A stretch of 60,381 nt of DNA from Polyangiaceae bacterium (lineage in GTDB: Bacteria > Myxococcota_A > Polyangia > Polyangiales > Polyangiaceae), in contig JAPSGB010000029.1 of the NCBI GenBank assembly GCA_035063585.1, forward strand, positions 1 through 60,381, in the 5' to 3' direction. The notes beneath the pieces were generated by a model. It did no database searches and was not told the origin of the DNA. It saw only the letters and a list, made by a program, of their open reading frames with translations. Each line of letters opens with the position of its first letter. The first letter of the stretch is position 1. A program made the position numbers and the translations under genes. Below are positions 18,087 through 28,982 of this stretch, piece by piece.

Positions 18087-19058
18087 TCACGCGCGCCGCA
18101 GCCGCGCCACCATCGACTCGACGACCAGCGCGGGCTGCGCGTTGCGCTCGAGCTCGAAGAGCGCGCGGAGCACCTCGGCGTGCCGGCGCGCCTCGCGCTC
18201 GGCGAGAGCCGGCGCGTCGCGGGCCTGCTCGCGGCAGCGCTCCGCGAAGCCGTGCGCGACGAACGTGAGCTGCTCGCGCAGCGCGTCCCGGCTCTCGCCA
18301 CGCTGGTCGCCGAGGGTCACCGCGCTCGCGAGATCGGGCGCGTTCATCGCCTCGCGAAGCGCCTCGTCGAACGCGCTGCGCGCGCGCAGGCGCTCCTCGT
18401 CGGCGAGCTCGAGCGCCAAGGACGCGCTGCCCTCGGCGAGCCGCGTGACCGCCAGAGGCTTGCCGTGGCTCCTGAGGATGTCTGCGATGACCGCGTCCGG
18501 CAGCGGGCCGAAGCGGACCGCCAGCGTGCGTGAGCGCACCGTGTCGAGCAGCCGGTGCGGTCGGCTCGTGAGCAGCACGAAGTGGGTTCGCGCGCTCGGC
18601 TCTTCGAGCGTCTTCAAGAGCGCGTTGGCCGCGGAGGGGGTGAGCGCGTCGGCGTCGCGGACGATGAACACGAGCGCGCGACCCTCGTGCGGCGGAAAGC
18701 CGACGCGCGCGAGGATCACGCGGCGAACCTGCTCGACGCTGATGCCGCTCGCCTCGGACGCGCTGATGACGCTCGCCGGATAGAGCCCGCGGCCGACCAG
18801 CACCACGTCCGGGTGGAGCGGGACGTGCGGTTCGTCTTCGGAGAGCGTCCGCGCGCGGTGGCACGCCGGGCAAGCTCCGCAGCCGAGCGGCTCGGCCCGC
18901 TCGCAGACGAGCGCTTGCGCCAGCGCGAACGCGGCTCGCTCCTTGCCGACGCCCGGCGGGCCCTCGAAGCGATAGGCGTGATGGACGAGCCCGCTCGTGA
19001 GCGCGCGGGTCAGCGTCTGGACCGCGGGGCCCTGCCCGAGGATGCCGTCGAAGGGCAA
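18087..19058 (-). CDS. holB: DNA polymerase III delta' subunit
   Basis: 'HAYRFEGPPGVGK', Zn motif 'CGACPAC', 'HPDV', 'ANALLKTLEEP', 'TVRSR'. Confidence 0.92.
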   Translation of the reverse strand: MPFDGILGQGPAVQTLTRALTSGLVHHAYRFEGPPGVGKERAAFALAQALVCERAEPLGCGACPACHRARTLSEDEPHVPLHPDVVLVGRGLYPASVISASEASGISVEQVRRVILARVGFPPHEGRALVFIVRDADALTPSAANALLKTLEEPSARTHFVLLTSRPHRLLDTVRSRTLAVRFGPLPDAVIADILRSHGKPLAVTRLAEGSASLALELADEERLRARSAFDEALREAMNAPDLASAVTLGDQRGESRDALREQLTFVAHGFAERCREQARDAPALAEREARRHAEVLRALFELERNAQPALVVESMVARLRRA

Positions 19059-19067
19059 GGGGAGCCG

Positions 19068-20216
19068 TTACTCCTCGCCGCCCCACACGAGCGCGCCGCC
19101 GTCGACCACGCCCGGCCAGCTATCCACGTACTTCGACGGCGTGCCCGGCGCCGAGACGTCGATCCACATCGGGTGCCCGGTGCCGAACGGGCGAACGTCC
19201 ACGTGGACGAACTTGTTGTTCGGATAATAGCCGCAGCCGACGTCGTGGAGCTTCTCGTGGCAAAAACGGAAGAGCCGCTCGTTGTCGATCCCGGCCACGA
19301 ACAAATCGAGAGCGCGCCCCCTCGTGTGGGTGCTCTTCGAGCCGTCCGGGCGGTAGCCGCTGATGATGTAGATCGCGCGTCGCGGGAACGCCTCGGCGAT
19401 GCGCTCGACGATCCACACCAGCCGCGGGTGCAGCATCTTCACGCCGCTCACCCACTCTCCCAGCGCGCTTCGCGCCGGATCCGGATCGAGCGGGAGCGGG
19501 AACGCGGGCCGCTCGACGCCGGGCGGCCGCGCGAGGATGCTCAGGCGATCGAGCGCCTCGTCGGCGACCGCGCCGTCGCAGTCGAGCAGGCGAAAGACGT
19601 CGGCCTCGCCCCCGTAGCGACCGATGGTGAGCTCGCGCGGCCTTCGCCACGGCGGGCACACCGGCTCGCGCGTGACCGCGAGCGCCTCGGGCTCCGGCGA
19701 CGGGAACGCGAGGCCGCCGCTCGCGAAGTCGATGGCGAAGAGCGGAGCGGGCCCCGGCGACCGGGTCAGGCGGAGCTCGAGCTCCGGCGAGTAGACGGGC
19801 GTCTCTTCGGCGGCCGGCTCGCACGAGCTCCCGCTCCAGGCGAGGGAAGGTGCGCTCCCCCAGCTCGCCACGCCATACCGGCCGCGGAAGTAGCGTCGCC
19901 AGTCGGGCGTGCGCTCCACCGAGGGGTTCGCGAAGCGCTCGAGGAGCGACAGGCCTGAGGAGCCCGGCAAGCGGAACCGCTCGGCGCGCTCGAGGCCGCG
20001 GGTGAACCAGGCGGTGGGTGAGAGCGGCGACAGCAGCGGGAGCGCCGCCGGCTCAGTCGCGGAAGCGCTCGAGAGGCCGGCTCCGTAGCCGGCGCTCGCG
20101 CGCGGAGCCGCCAAGAGGAGCGCGAGCGAGGCCGCGCCGAAGAGCAGGCGCGAGGCCCCCGTCGCCCGGGGCTGCGGGCGGCCGGCGGCTCCTCGCGTGG
20201 CGAGCGGACGCTTCAC
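19068..20216 (-). CDS. Peptidase M15 / DUF882 (YcbK-like) secreted protein
   Basis: 'IISGYRP', 'STHTRGRALD', 'GYYP..FVHVDVR'; the start is uncertain. Confidence 0.85.
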   Translation of the reverse strand: MKRPLATRGAAGRPQPRATGASRLLFGAASLALLLAAPRASAGYGAGLSSASATEPAALPLLSPLSPTAWFTRGLERAERFRLPGSSGLSLLERFANPSVERTPDWRRYFRGRYGVASWGSAPSLAWSGSSCEPAAEETPVYSPELELRLTRSPGPAPLFAIDFASGGLAFPSPEPEALAVTREPVCPPWRRPRELTIGRYGGEADVFRLLDCDGAVADEALDRLSILARPPGVERPAFPLPLDPDPARSALGEWVSGVKMLHPRLVWIVERIAEAFPRRAIYIISGYRPDGSKSTHTRGRALDLFVAGIDNERLFRFCHEKLHDVGCGYYPNNKFVHVDVRPFGTGHPMWIDVSAPGTPSKYVDSWPGVVDGGALVWGGEE

Positions 20217-20287
20217 GGGCAGTCAGCATGCCTCGCCGCGCCCGCGGTTTCAACGACTCGTTGCCCGCGCGCGCCGCTCGGGCGGCG

Positions 20288-20977
20288 TCACTTCGCCGCC
20301 GGAGCGCCGCGGAGCTCCTCGATCTCTTTCGTCCCGAGCTTCAAGAGGTGCAAGAAGAGCCCGTAGGCCTCCTTCGCCTTCACTGCGTCCCCCTCGAGGT
20401 AGTCGGCCACCGACAGCCCGTTGATGGTCGCCAGGATCAGCGTCGAGAGCGCCTCCATCTGCGGGAAGTCCGCGGCGCTCACCCCGAGGACGTCGCCGAC
20501 CGCGTCGCTCACGAGCTGGCGCGCGTCGTGCTGCAGCGCCGCCGCGCGGCGCTTCAGCTCCGGGTCCCGCCGGGCCGCGCTCCACACCTCGATGTTGAGG
20601 CCGGTGCCGACGGTGTTGGTCTCGACGACCTCCCAGAGCGACTTCAGCGCGGTCTTCGCGCGCGCCACGGGAGCGTCGCTCGAGCCGCGGATGGCCTCTT
20701 TCACGCGGTCGAGATACTTGTGATACGAGTAGCTCTGCACCTCGTGGATGAGGGCCGCCTTGCTCGCGAAGTAGTAGTGCACGATGCTCTTACGGAGCCC
20801 GAGCTCCTTGCCGATCTCGGCGAGCGTCGTGGCCGTGAAGCCCTTGCGAGCGAAGCACTTGGCGGCGGCCGAGAGGATCGCGGCCACCCGCGGGTTCTCC
20901 CAATCGACCGCGCGGGGTGCGGCGGTGTTTGGTTCTGAGTCGGCGGACTGGGTCTGAGGTGCTTCGATGTTAGTCAT
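20288..20977 (-). CDS. TetR/AcrR family transcriptional regulator
   Basis: 'ILSAAAKCFARKGFTATTLAEIGKELGLRKSIVHYYFASKAAL' helix-turn-helix. Confidence 0.92.
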   Translation of the reverse strand: MTNIEAPQTQSADSEPNTAAPRAVDWENPRVAAILSAAAKCFARKGFTATTLAEIGKELGLRKSIVHYYFASKAALIHEVQSYSYHKYLDRVKEAIRGSSDAPVARAKTALKSLWEVVETNTVGTGLNIEVWSAARRDPELKRRAAALQHDARQLVSDAVGDVLGVSAADFPQMEALSTLILATINGLSVADYLEGDAVKAKEAYGLFLHLLKLGTKEIEELRGAPAAK

Positions 20978-21172
20978 GGCAATTATTGGACCGGCCGGCC
21001 GGTAGCCTCGGGTGTCCCGAGGCACGAGAGCCGAGGATACGCAATTTGCAGCCGCCCTCCGGTCGCTCGGCCTTCTGACGCACATCTACCCACTAGTCAA
21101 GCCACGCCGGTCAGGTCGCGTCGACTAACGGAAACCCCCGCGCGCGGTGCGCGCGCATCCCCGCGCATCCGC

Positions 21173-21595
21173 TCACTTGCCGGGTGCGGGCTTCGCGGCG
21201 GGCTTGGCCTCGGGCTTCGCGGCGGGCTTGGCCTCGGGCTTCGCGGCGGGCTTGGCGTCGGGCTTCGCGGCGGGCTTGGCCTCGGGCTTCGCGGGCGCTG
21301 GCGCCGGGGCCGCGGCGGCCGCCGAGTCGGCAGGCTTCGCCGCATCGGTCGGCGCGGGCGCGGCCGGAGCGGCCGGCGCTTCGTCGTCCGCGCTCGATTC
21401 GTCCGCGCTCGATTCGTCCGCGCTCGGGTCGTCGGCGCTCGAGTCGTCGGCGTCATCGCCGAAGCCGGACGGCTCGGGCGCGGACTGGACGACTGGCGCG
21501 ATCGGCGGGACCGAGGCCTCCTGGCTGCCGCCGCAGGCCGAGAGGAGGAGGGCGGAGAGGCCGAGCGCGAGCTCGACGCGGGCGAGGCGCGACAT
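21173..21595 (-). CDS. Low-complexity lipoprotein (acidic block followed by KPEAKPAA repeats)
   Basis: Lipobox LLSAC; TACCGT 7 nt before ATG. Confidence 0.75.
   Translation of the reverse strand: MSRLARVELALGLSALLLSACGGSQEASVPPIAPVVQSAPEPSGFGDDADDSSADDPSADESSADESSADDEAPAAPAAPAPTDAAKPADSAAAAAPAPAPAKPEAKPAAKPDAKPAAKPEAKPAAKPEAKPAAKPAPGK
21187..21294 (-). repeat. About 4.5 x 24-bp coding tandem repeat (KP[E/D]AKPAA)
   Basis: cgggcttcgcggcgggcttggcct units read directly. Confidence 0.9.
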
Positions 21596-21663
21596 GGCTC
21601 GAACGGTAGCCTCCCCGGCCCACCGGACACAAGGCTCTCGGTGATGATTACGCGCGGGCTCGC

Positions 21664-23301
21664 TCAGCGCGCGCGGCGCCCGCCCTTGGGCTCGTCCTTG
21701 GCGGCCCGCTGCTCGGCGTCGCCCGCCGCCGCCGGCCCGGCGTCGTCTCCGCGCCATACCGGCATCCCCTCGGCCGCGGTCCACCCGGGCTTCCCGAACT
21801 TGCCCGGCTCACGCCACTCGCGGGTCGCGCCTCCCGGCGCGTGGTCGGCCTCGTCCACGTCGAGCCCCTGGGTGGTCACCAGGAGCTCGTCGGCGAGGTA
21901 CTCGGGGTGCTGGTCGCCCTTCGGCAGCCGGGCGGTGTCCGCCGCCGCGTCGCCGGCGCCGACGCGGATGATCTGCGTGGTCGGCGGGTAGACGTCGTTC
22001 CACCGCTCGCGGACCGCGTGGTGACCTTCGCGGACGATGCGATAGCGGTGCACGCGGAACCCCGGCACGCCGCGCTGCGAGAGCACTCGCACGCCCTCCG
22101 GCAGGCTCTTGTCCGGGCGCTCCGTCTCCTCGTAGGGGATCGCCTGGTCGATGCGGCGGATGAGCGTCACGGTGCGCGTCCGCGGCGGACCGAGGATCTC
22201 CGCGCGCACGACGCCGCCCTTCACCGTCTGGTGGAGCACCACCGGGAAATCGAAGCCGTTTCGGAATCGGAAATCGATGGTGGGATAGACGACGGTCGCG
22301 TCGAGGCCCATCTTGATGTAGCTGCTCGGGCGCGTGTGCGAATAGCGCTCCACGATCTCGAGCCCCGCGAAGAACGCCGCGCCGTGTAAGGTCCCCGAGA
22401 TCTGGCAGGTGCCGCCGCCGATGCCGTCCACCAGCTCGCCCTCCGCGATGACCGGGGCGACCTTGTAGCCGTTGGCTTCGTCGCGCGGGCCGACCACTTC
22501 GTTGAAGTCGAACGTCTCTCCGGGCAGGAGCACCGTGCCGTCGAGCTTCGAGGCCGCGAGGCGCAGGTTGAAGGTGCGCGCCGCCGCGCGCGACGAGCGA
22601 TCGTAGCTGGTCTCGAAGTAGCCGAGCACGCCGTCGAACTTCACGCCGGCGAGCTCCGAGGCGACCCGCTTCGGCTTGCGTTCCTCGAACGCGAGCTTCA
22701 CGGCGCGCGCCCCCGACTGCACCGCCCGCTCGAGCACGAGCAGGCTCGCGTCGACGTCGAGCAGCCGGCCGAGCACCTCGGGGATGAGCTTTCGACTCTC
22801 GAGGTCGAGGCGCGCGTCGCTCGGGAGGCGATCGAGCTCGTCTTTCAGGACCAGGAGCTGGGCGAGCGCGCGCTCGGGTTCGATGACCATCGGCACTGGC
22901 AGCTCCACCGGCCCCGCGACGCCCGCCGCGTGCCAGCCGCGCCGGAGCGGGCTGGTCGGGTCGCGCGCGTCGCGGACCAACTGCGAGAGACGGAGCTTGT
23001 CGATCTGCGCGCCGAGCCGACCGAGCGAGACCTCACGGCTCTTCGCCTCCGGCAGCTCGAGCACCACCGGCCGCGCCGCGTAGCGCCGGACGCGCTCGAC
23101 CGCGACGTCGATGGCGCGGTCGTCGAGCGCGAGCGGCTGCCCGAGCAAGCGGACCTCCGGCGCGGGAGGTAGCTCGTCTCCGACGCCGGGCGCGCGCGGC
23201 ACGAGCACGAGCCCGATGCCAAGCCCCGCCGCGATCGCTACGCCGACGGCGAGGGCGCCGCGTCGCTGGCGGCGGAGGAGGGCGCGCAGGCGCTCGAGCA
23301 T
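21664..23301 (-). CDS. VanW family protein
   Basis: 'RTFNLRLAA..LDG.VL.PGETFDFNEVVGPR', 'GIGGGTCQISGTL', 'ERYSH', 'GLDATV'; N-terminal TM helix. Confidence 0.92.
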   Translation of the reverse strand: MLERLRALLRRQRRGALAVGVAIAAGLGIGLVLVPRAPGVGDELPPAPEVRLLGQPLALDDRAIDVAVERVRRYAARPVVLELPEAKSREVSLGRLGAQIDKLRLSQLVRDARDPTSPLRRGWHAAGVAGPVELPVPMVIEPERALAQLLVLKDELDRLPSDARLDLESRKLIPEVLGRLLDVDASLLVLERAVQSGARAVKLAFEERKPKRVASELAGVKFDGVLGYFETSYDRSSRAAARTFNLRLAASKLDGTVLLPGETFDFNEVVGPRDEANGYKVAPVIAEGELVDGIGGGTCQISGTLHGAAFFAGLEIVERYSHTRPSSYIKMGLDATVVYPTIDFRFRNGFDFPVVLHQTVKGGVVRAEILGPPRTRTVTLIRRIDQAIPYEETERPDKSLPEGVRVLSQRGVPGFRVHRYRIVREGHHAVRERWNDVYPPTTQIIRVGAGDAAADTARLPKGDQHPEYLADELLVTTQGLDVDEADHAPGGATREWREPGKFGKPGWTAAEGMPVWRGDDAGPAAAGDAEQRAAKDEPKGGRRAR

Positions 23302-23364
23302 CGGGGCGAAGTCTGGGAACCCGGAGCGGTCTCGTCAAGGAAAGCGCGGTACGCTCGCGCGGCG

Positions 23365-25334
23365 ATGGTCCCCGAGGCAGTCGAGAAGAAGCTCGCGCTC
23401 TTGCCCGCGCGGCCGGGCTGCTACCTGTTTCGCGATCGGCGCGGCGAGGTGCTCTACGTCGGCAAGGCGAAGAGCCTGCGCGCGCGCGTGCGGAGCTACT
23501 TTCAGGCGGGCAGCACCGATACGCGCGCGTTCATTCCGAGTTTGCTCGAGAAGATCGGCGATCTCGAGACGCTGGTCACGGCCACCGAGAAGGAGGCCGC
23601 GATCCTCGAGAACAGCCTCATCAAGGAGCATCGGCCGCGCTTCAACGTGAAGCTGAGGGACGACAAGGAGTACCTCACCCTCCGCCTCTCGACCACGCAC
23701 GAGTGGCCGCGCCTCGAGCTGGTGCGAAAGCCCGACGGCGGCGAGGCTCGCTACTTTGGGCCGTATCACTCGGCGACCGCCGCGCGGCGCACGCTGCACC
23801 TCGTGGAGAAGCACTTCCAGCTCCGCACCTGCTCCGATCGCGAGCTTCGGTCACGCAAGCGTCCGTGCCTCCAGTACTACATCAAGCGCTGCCCGGCGCC
23901 GTGCGTGTTCGAGGTCGATCGCGACGTGTACGCAGGGCAGGTCCGCGCGGTCGCGCTCTTCCTCGATGGCCGCCACGACGAGCTCACGCGCGAGCTCGAG
24001 GAGCGCATGCGCGCGGCGAGCTCCGCGACGGAGTACGAGCTCGCCGCGATCTATCGAGACCAGCTCGAGGCGGTGCGGCTCATCCGCGAGGCGCAGCGGG
24101 TGCTCACCGTCACCGACCTCGATCAAGACGTGCTCGGACTCTATCGCGAGGGCGACCTGGTCGAGCTCAGCGTACTTTACGCGCGCTCGGGGCGCGTGGT
24201 GGACATCGCGAGCTACTCGAACCCGCGGGTCGAGGTGGATGACGGCGAGGTGGTGGCGGCGTTCCTGCGCGAGCATTACGCGGAGACCGGGCCCGGCGCA
24301 CGGCTCATCCCGGACGAGGTGCTCGTCCCCGTCTTGCCCGACGGCGCGGACGGCGTCGCCGAGTGGCTGAGCGAGCGGCGCGGGAGAAAATGCGCGCTGG
24401 TCGCCCCGGCGCGCGGCGCCAAGCGGAAGCTCCTCGAGCTCGCGCTCGAGAACGCGCGCCACGCCTTCGAGGAGAAGCGACGCGCGACCGACGACATCGA
24501 CGTGCGGCTCGGAAAGCTGCAGGAGCGCCTGCGGCTACCGACGCTCCCGCGCCGTATCGAGTGCGTGGACATCTCCCACCTCGGCGGGGAAGACACGGTC
24601 GGCGCGGTGGTGGCGCTCACGAGCGGCGTCCCGGACAAGAAGCGGTACCGCACCTACCGCGTGCGGACCGCCGGCGACGGCGATGACTACGCGGCGATGT
24701 ATGAGGTCTTGCTCCGCCGCTTCCGGCGCGGCCGCGACGCCGCGGCCGCGAGCGCCGCGGCCGCGAGCGCCGACCCGTCCGCTCGCGAGTCCGCCGGGGC
24801 CGCGGCACCCGAGCCTACCGACGACGCGGCGGCGCCTGACGGGGTGGACGCGCTGCCCGACCTCTTCGTGGTCGACGGCGGGCGCGGACAGCTCGCGGTC
24901 GCGCTCGCCGCGGCGCACGATCTCGGCCTGCACGACCTCGCGCTGTGCGGGCTCGCCAAGGAGCGCGAGACGGCGCTCGGCGACAAGCTGGTCGATCGCG
25001 TGTACCTCCCGGGGCAAAAAAACCCCGTCCAGCTCCGCCCGCACAGCCCGGAGCTCTTCCTGCTCGCGCACGCGCGCGACGAGGCGCACCGCTTCTCGAA
25101 CCGGGGTCGCAAGAAGGCGGGTAAGCAGCGGCGGTTCGCCTCCGCGCTCGACGAGGTGCGCGGCATCGGGCCGAAGACCAAGCGGGCGCTCCTCGAGGCG
25201 CTCGGCTCGCTCGACGGGATCCGCCACGCGAGCGACGAGGCGCTGCTCGCCGTGCCCGGCGTCACGCGCGCCAGGCTCGAGGCGCTCCGCGCCGCCCTCG
25301 CCGAGCCGCGCGGAGAGGCCTCCGCGCACGGAGA

Positions 25335-25353
<19 letters not shown>
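23365..25353 (+). CDS. uvrC: Excinuclease ABC subunit C
   Basis: GIY-YIG 'PGCYLF...YVGKAKSLRARV', UVR domain, 'RIECVDISH', 'VDGGRGQL', 'RDEAHRF', HhH. Confidence 0.97.
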
Positions 25354-26024
<671 letters not shown>

Positions 26025-26166
26025 CGGGGCGCATCCTACCCCGCGGCGCGCGCGCGTAAACCGCGCGGCGCTCACGCCCGAAACGCCGAAGGGCGGCGGC
26101 CGCTCACACGGCTCGCCGCCCTCTGGCCGCGCGCTTCGCGGGCTCGCGCCCGCGCTCGGCGCTCCT

Positions 26167-28614
26167 CTACGGCGCCGCCGCGCCGCCGCCCGTCGCGAAC
26201 GACGCGCCGGTGCAGGCGATGAAGTAGGTGGCGCCCGGCGCCGGGAGCGGCGCGTTGGCGTCACCGCCGACGAAGCGGAGGAGCTGCTTCTCGGTCGGCG
26301 AGCACTTCTCGAGCAGCGTCGGGTTGCCGATGTGCTGTCCCTGCTGGTTGTCCGCGACGTAGCAGTAGCCGCTGTAGCTGGGGTTCGGCACGTCGTCGTT
26401 CTGGCACGAGGTGAGCTCCGCCGGCGAGTTCACCGTGTCGAACTGGTTGATCTCGCAGAGCAGGTACTGAGCGCAGCTCGGCGTGTTCGCGCCGGCGTCG
26501 CAGACGCCCGCCGTCTTCAGCTGCTTCTTCACCGCCTCGCTGATGAGGTTGCCGTTGCCGACCGTGGCAAGATCGATGCGGCCCGGCCGCCCGCAGTCGA
26601 GCCCCGCGCTCTGCGCCGGGCCGAGCGCCTCGACGACGGCGCACGGCACCTGGCCCTGAGCGTCGACGTCGAGCACGCGCGGCAGGCACTTGCCGCTGAG
26701 CGCGGACTTCAGCCGCTCGATGATGGCCGCGACGGCGGGGTTGTAGCCGTAGTAGTTCACGTTGCCCGGGTCCTGGATCTTCGGGCAGATGCTGGCGACG
26801 ATGGAGTTGTTGCCGAACTCCTTCAGCACCTGGAGCTCACGCAGGCCAGGGTACGCCTTGGCGTAGTACTGCGTGGTGCCCGGGGGCGCGCTCGGGTTGT
26901 TCGGGTCTTGGCAGAGCGGCTTGTCTCCTTGCCGGTTCTGATCGCAGTCGCAGGCGCGCGTCCCATCGCAGACGGTGGGCGTGTCGAGTGGGAAGATGCA
27001 GGCGTACTGAAGATCTCCGCGATCGGTGATCGTCCACTCGTGACCGTTGATGGGGTTCGCGTTCGGCGCCGGGATCGGCGGGCCCGGAGGCACCAGGGCG
27101 TCCTTGGTGACCGGGTTCTGGCCGGTGCGCGGGTCCACCGACTCGATCATCAGCGGATCCTTCGGCGGAACCGGCGGAGACGCGGTGGGATCGCCGACGA
27201 TGTCATCCCATCGCCCGGTGGCGGTGAGCTCTTCCGCCGAGAGGTAGGTGAGCTTGGCCGGGTCGTCGCGGGTGTCGTCGGTCGCGATGTCATGCCACGG
27301 CACGCCGACGATACCGGCGAGGAACACCAGATCCGGGCCGCGCACGGGCCGACCGGTGTTGGCGATGTCCGAGAAAATCGGGTTCGGCTGCCCTTGCTGG
27401 CCGTTTCGGCAGACGAGGTCGAGGTTGTCCGGGCAGATGATGGACGACTTCAGCGCGTTCGAGTAGCGCTGGGTCGGGTAGAGCATGCCCGCCTCGGGGT
27501 GCGCCGGATCGGTCGCGATGCCGAAGCGCCGCTTCTGGTCCCAGCAGCGGAGGTTGATCGAGTCCTCCTCCGGGGTGAGCGTCTTCTTGTTCGTGCAGAC
27601 CGGGTCCGCGGTGCAGCCCTGCGGGACGCCCTGACCGCAGGAGTAGCAGCACTTGTCGTTGGGGTTCGACGCGCACGTGCTGGTCGGGCTCGGGAGGTTC
27701 CCGGAGCGCCCCACGAGCCAGCCGAGGCCTCGGTCCGCGACCGAGCAGTCGTTCTCGTCCGCGAGCATGACGACCGCGAGCAGCGAGTCGGGGCGGAGGA
27801 AGTTGGCGCGCTCCTGGAGCAGCTCGGTGTCCGTTCCGCTCGTGACGGTGGACTGGCTGGCGTCGTCGTAGCTCACCTGGTCCGGCGGGTTCGGATCCAC
27901 GAGGAAGCGGTACCAGGCCTCGAGGATCGCCTCATAGCCGCAGCCCGACTCACCGGCCGCCTTCACCATGTTGGTGAAGTCCTGGCTGAACTGGGTCGCG
28001 TCGCTCGCGCCCGGTGGCGTGTACTTCGCGGACGGGTCCCACGCGAGGAAGCCTTGGTTCTGGTAGCTGTTGAGGCCCGCGCGCGTGAGGCCGACCAGGT
28101 GCCCCTTGTCGTCCTGGGTCGGGTTCCACTGGCTGTAGGTCGGCGTGCAGATGGTCGCGCCGTGCCCGCCGAGGCTCGAGGTCACGACCCCGATGTGGAT
28201 GTCCTTGATGGCGGAGAACTCGCGCTCCGACCCCTGCGGGCAGAGGGCGTCTGGATCGGCGGGCGGATCGGTCACGGCGCCCGTCGTGCGGTTGACGCAC
28301 ACCGGGTTCACGAGCCGGTTCACCAGCTTCGGCACCGCGTCGCCGAGCAGCTTCTGCTTGTCGGCCATCGACGCCGAGTTGTCGATCATGAAGAGGAGGT
28401 CGATCTTGTCGACGCTCGACTGGGTGATGGTCGCCACGAACACGTTCTTGCCCTGCGGCGAGCACGCGTTCGGGTGATCCGGATCCGGGCAGATGGGACG
28501 ATCCAGGCAGCCTACGACGGTACCCGCGATGCCCACGACCGACACGACGCCCAAGACGCCGGCGCGCACGAGGCGGGTCGCGAGACTCGGACGCTGCGCG
28601 TTCTCTTTCTTCAT
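26167..28614 (-). CDS. Large Cys-rich vWA-like lipoprotein (myxobacterial family)
   Basis: AAGGAG SD; lipobox VVGC; MIDAS-like 'KIDLLFMIDNSASMADKQ'; 'GCGYEA', 'ADENDCS'. Confidence 0.85.
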   Translation of the reverse strand: MKKENAQRPSLATRLVRAGVLGVVSVVGIAGTVVGCLDRPICPDPDHPNACSPQGKNVFVATITQSSVDKIDLLFMIDNSASMADKQKLLGDAVPKLVNRLVNPVCVNRTTGAVTDPPADPDALCPQGSEREFSAIKDIHIGVVTSSLGGHGATICTPTYSQWNPTQDDKGHLVGLTRAGLNSYQNQGFLAWDPSAKYTPPGASDATQFSQDFTNMVKAAGESGCGYEAILEAWYRFLVDPNPPDQVSYDDASQSTVTSGTDTELLQERANFLRPDSLLAVVMLADENDCSVADRGLGWLVGRSGNLPSPTSTCASNPNDKCCYSCGQGVPQGCTADPVCTNKKTLTPEEDSINLRCWDQKRRFGIATDPAHPEAGMLYPTQRYSNALKSSIICPDNLDLVCRNGQQGQPNPIFSDIANTGRPVRGPDLVFLAGIVGVPWHDIATDDTRDDPAKLTYLSAEELTATGRWDDIVGDPTASPPVPPKDPLMIESVDPRTGQNPVTKDALVPPGPPIPAPNANPINGHEWTITDRGDLQYACIFPLDTPTVCDGTRACDCDQNRQGDKPLCQDPNNPSAPPGTTQYYAKAYPGLRELQVLKEFGNNSIVASICPKIQDPGNVNYYGYNPAVAAIIERLKSALSGKCLPRVLDVDAQGQVPCAVVEALGPAQSAGLDCGRPGRIDLATVGNGNLISEAVKKQLKTAGVCDAGANTPSCAQYLLCEINQFDTVNSPAELTSCQNDDVPNPSYSGYCYVADNQQGQHIGNPTLLEKCSPTEKQLLRFVGGDANAPLPAPGATYFIACTGASFATGGGAAAP

Positions 28615-28733
28615 CAGTCGAGCTCCTTGACTTGCCGAGGCCCGTCGGCCCGCCACGAGCGGCGAGCGACCGGGCGGGTGAACGGTTCGCCGCGCGGCGA
28701 GGGTCCACCACCGATCTCCGGATCGGCGGTGGC

Positions 28734-28763
28734 AGCGTAAGTGGCCGGGAGGACTATTGTCAA
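28734..28763 (-). promoter_or_regulatory. Sigma70-like promoter TTGACA-18-TACGCT
   Basis: Motif match upstream of the vWA lipoprotein gene. Confidence 0.55.
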
Positions 28764-28829
28764 TCGCGCCGGAGCGCCCGCGAGCGCGTCCCGAAGAGGT
28801 GCCGAGCCGTGTGCCACGAGGCCCCCTAC

Positions 28830-28845
28830 AGCAAGGCTCGGGCCA
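28830..28845 (-). promoter_or_regulatory. Sigma54 (-24/-12) promoter TGGCCC-GAGCC-TTGCT
   Basis: Matches TGGCAC-N5-TTGCW with exact spacing and one mismatch. Confidence 0.6.
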
Positions 28846-28901
28846 GCTCGCAGCCGGCCGGATCCGGCTCCCCGCCGCGACCGCCTGCCAACTCAGTTAC
28901 G

Positions 28902-28930
28902 CGGAGCTGCCAACCGAGTTGGCAGCTCCG
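28902..28930. promoter_or_regulatory. Perfect 13-bp inverted repeat (enhancer site or terminator)
   Basis: CGGAGCTGCCAAC-cga-GTTGGCAGCTCCG, with an extra half-site CTGCCAACTCAGTT at 28885-28898. Confidence 0.6.
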
Positions 28931-28982
28931 AGGGGTGCCGGGCCGGCGCGGAACCTCGCGTGCCGCCCGGCCTCGGCGCGCC

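Noticed and set aside
28800..28816. Second sigma54-like TGGCAC element
   Set aside because: The GC is not at the required spacing from GG.
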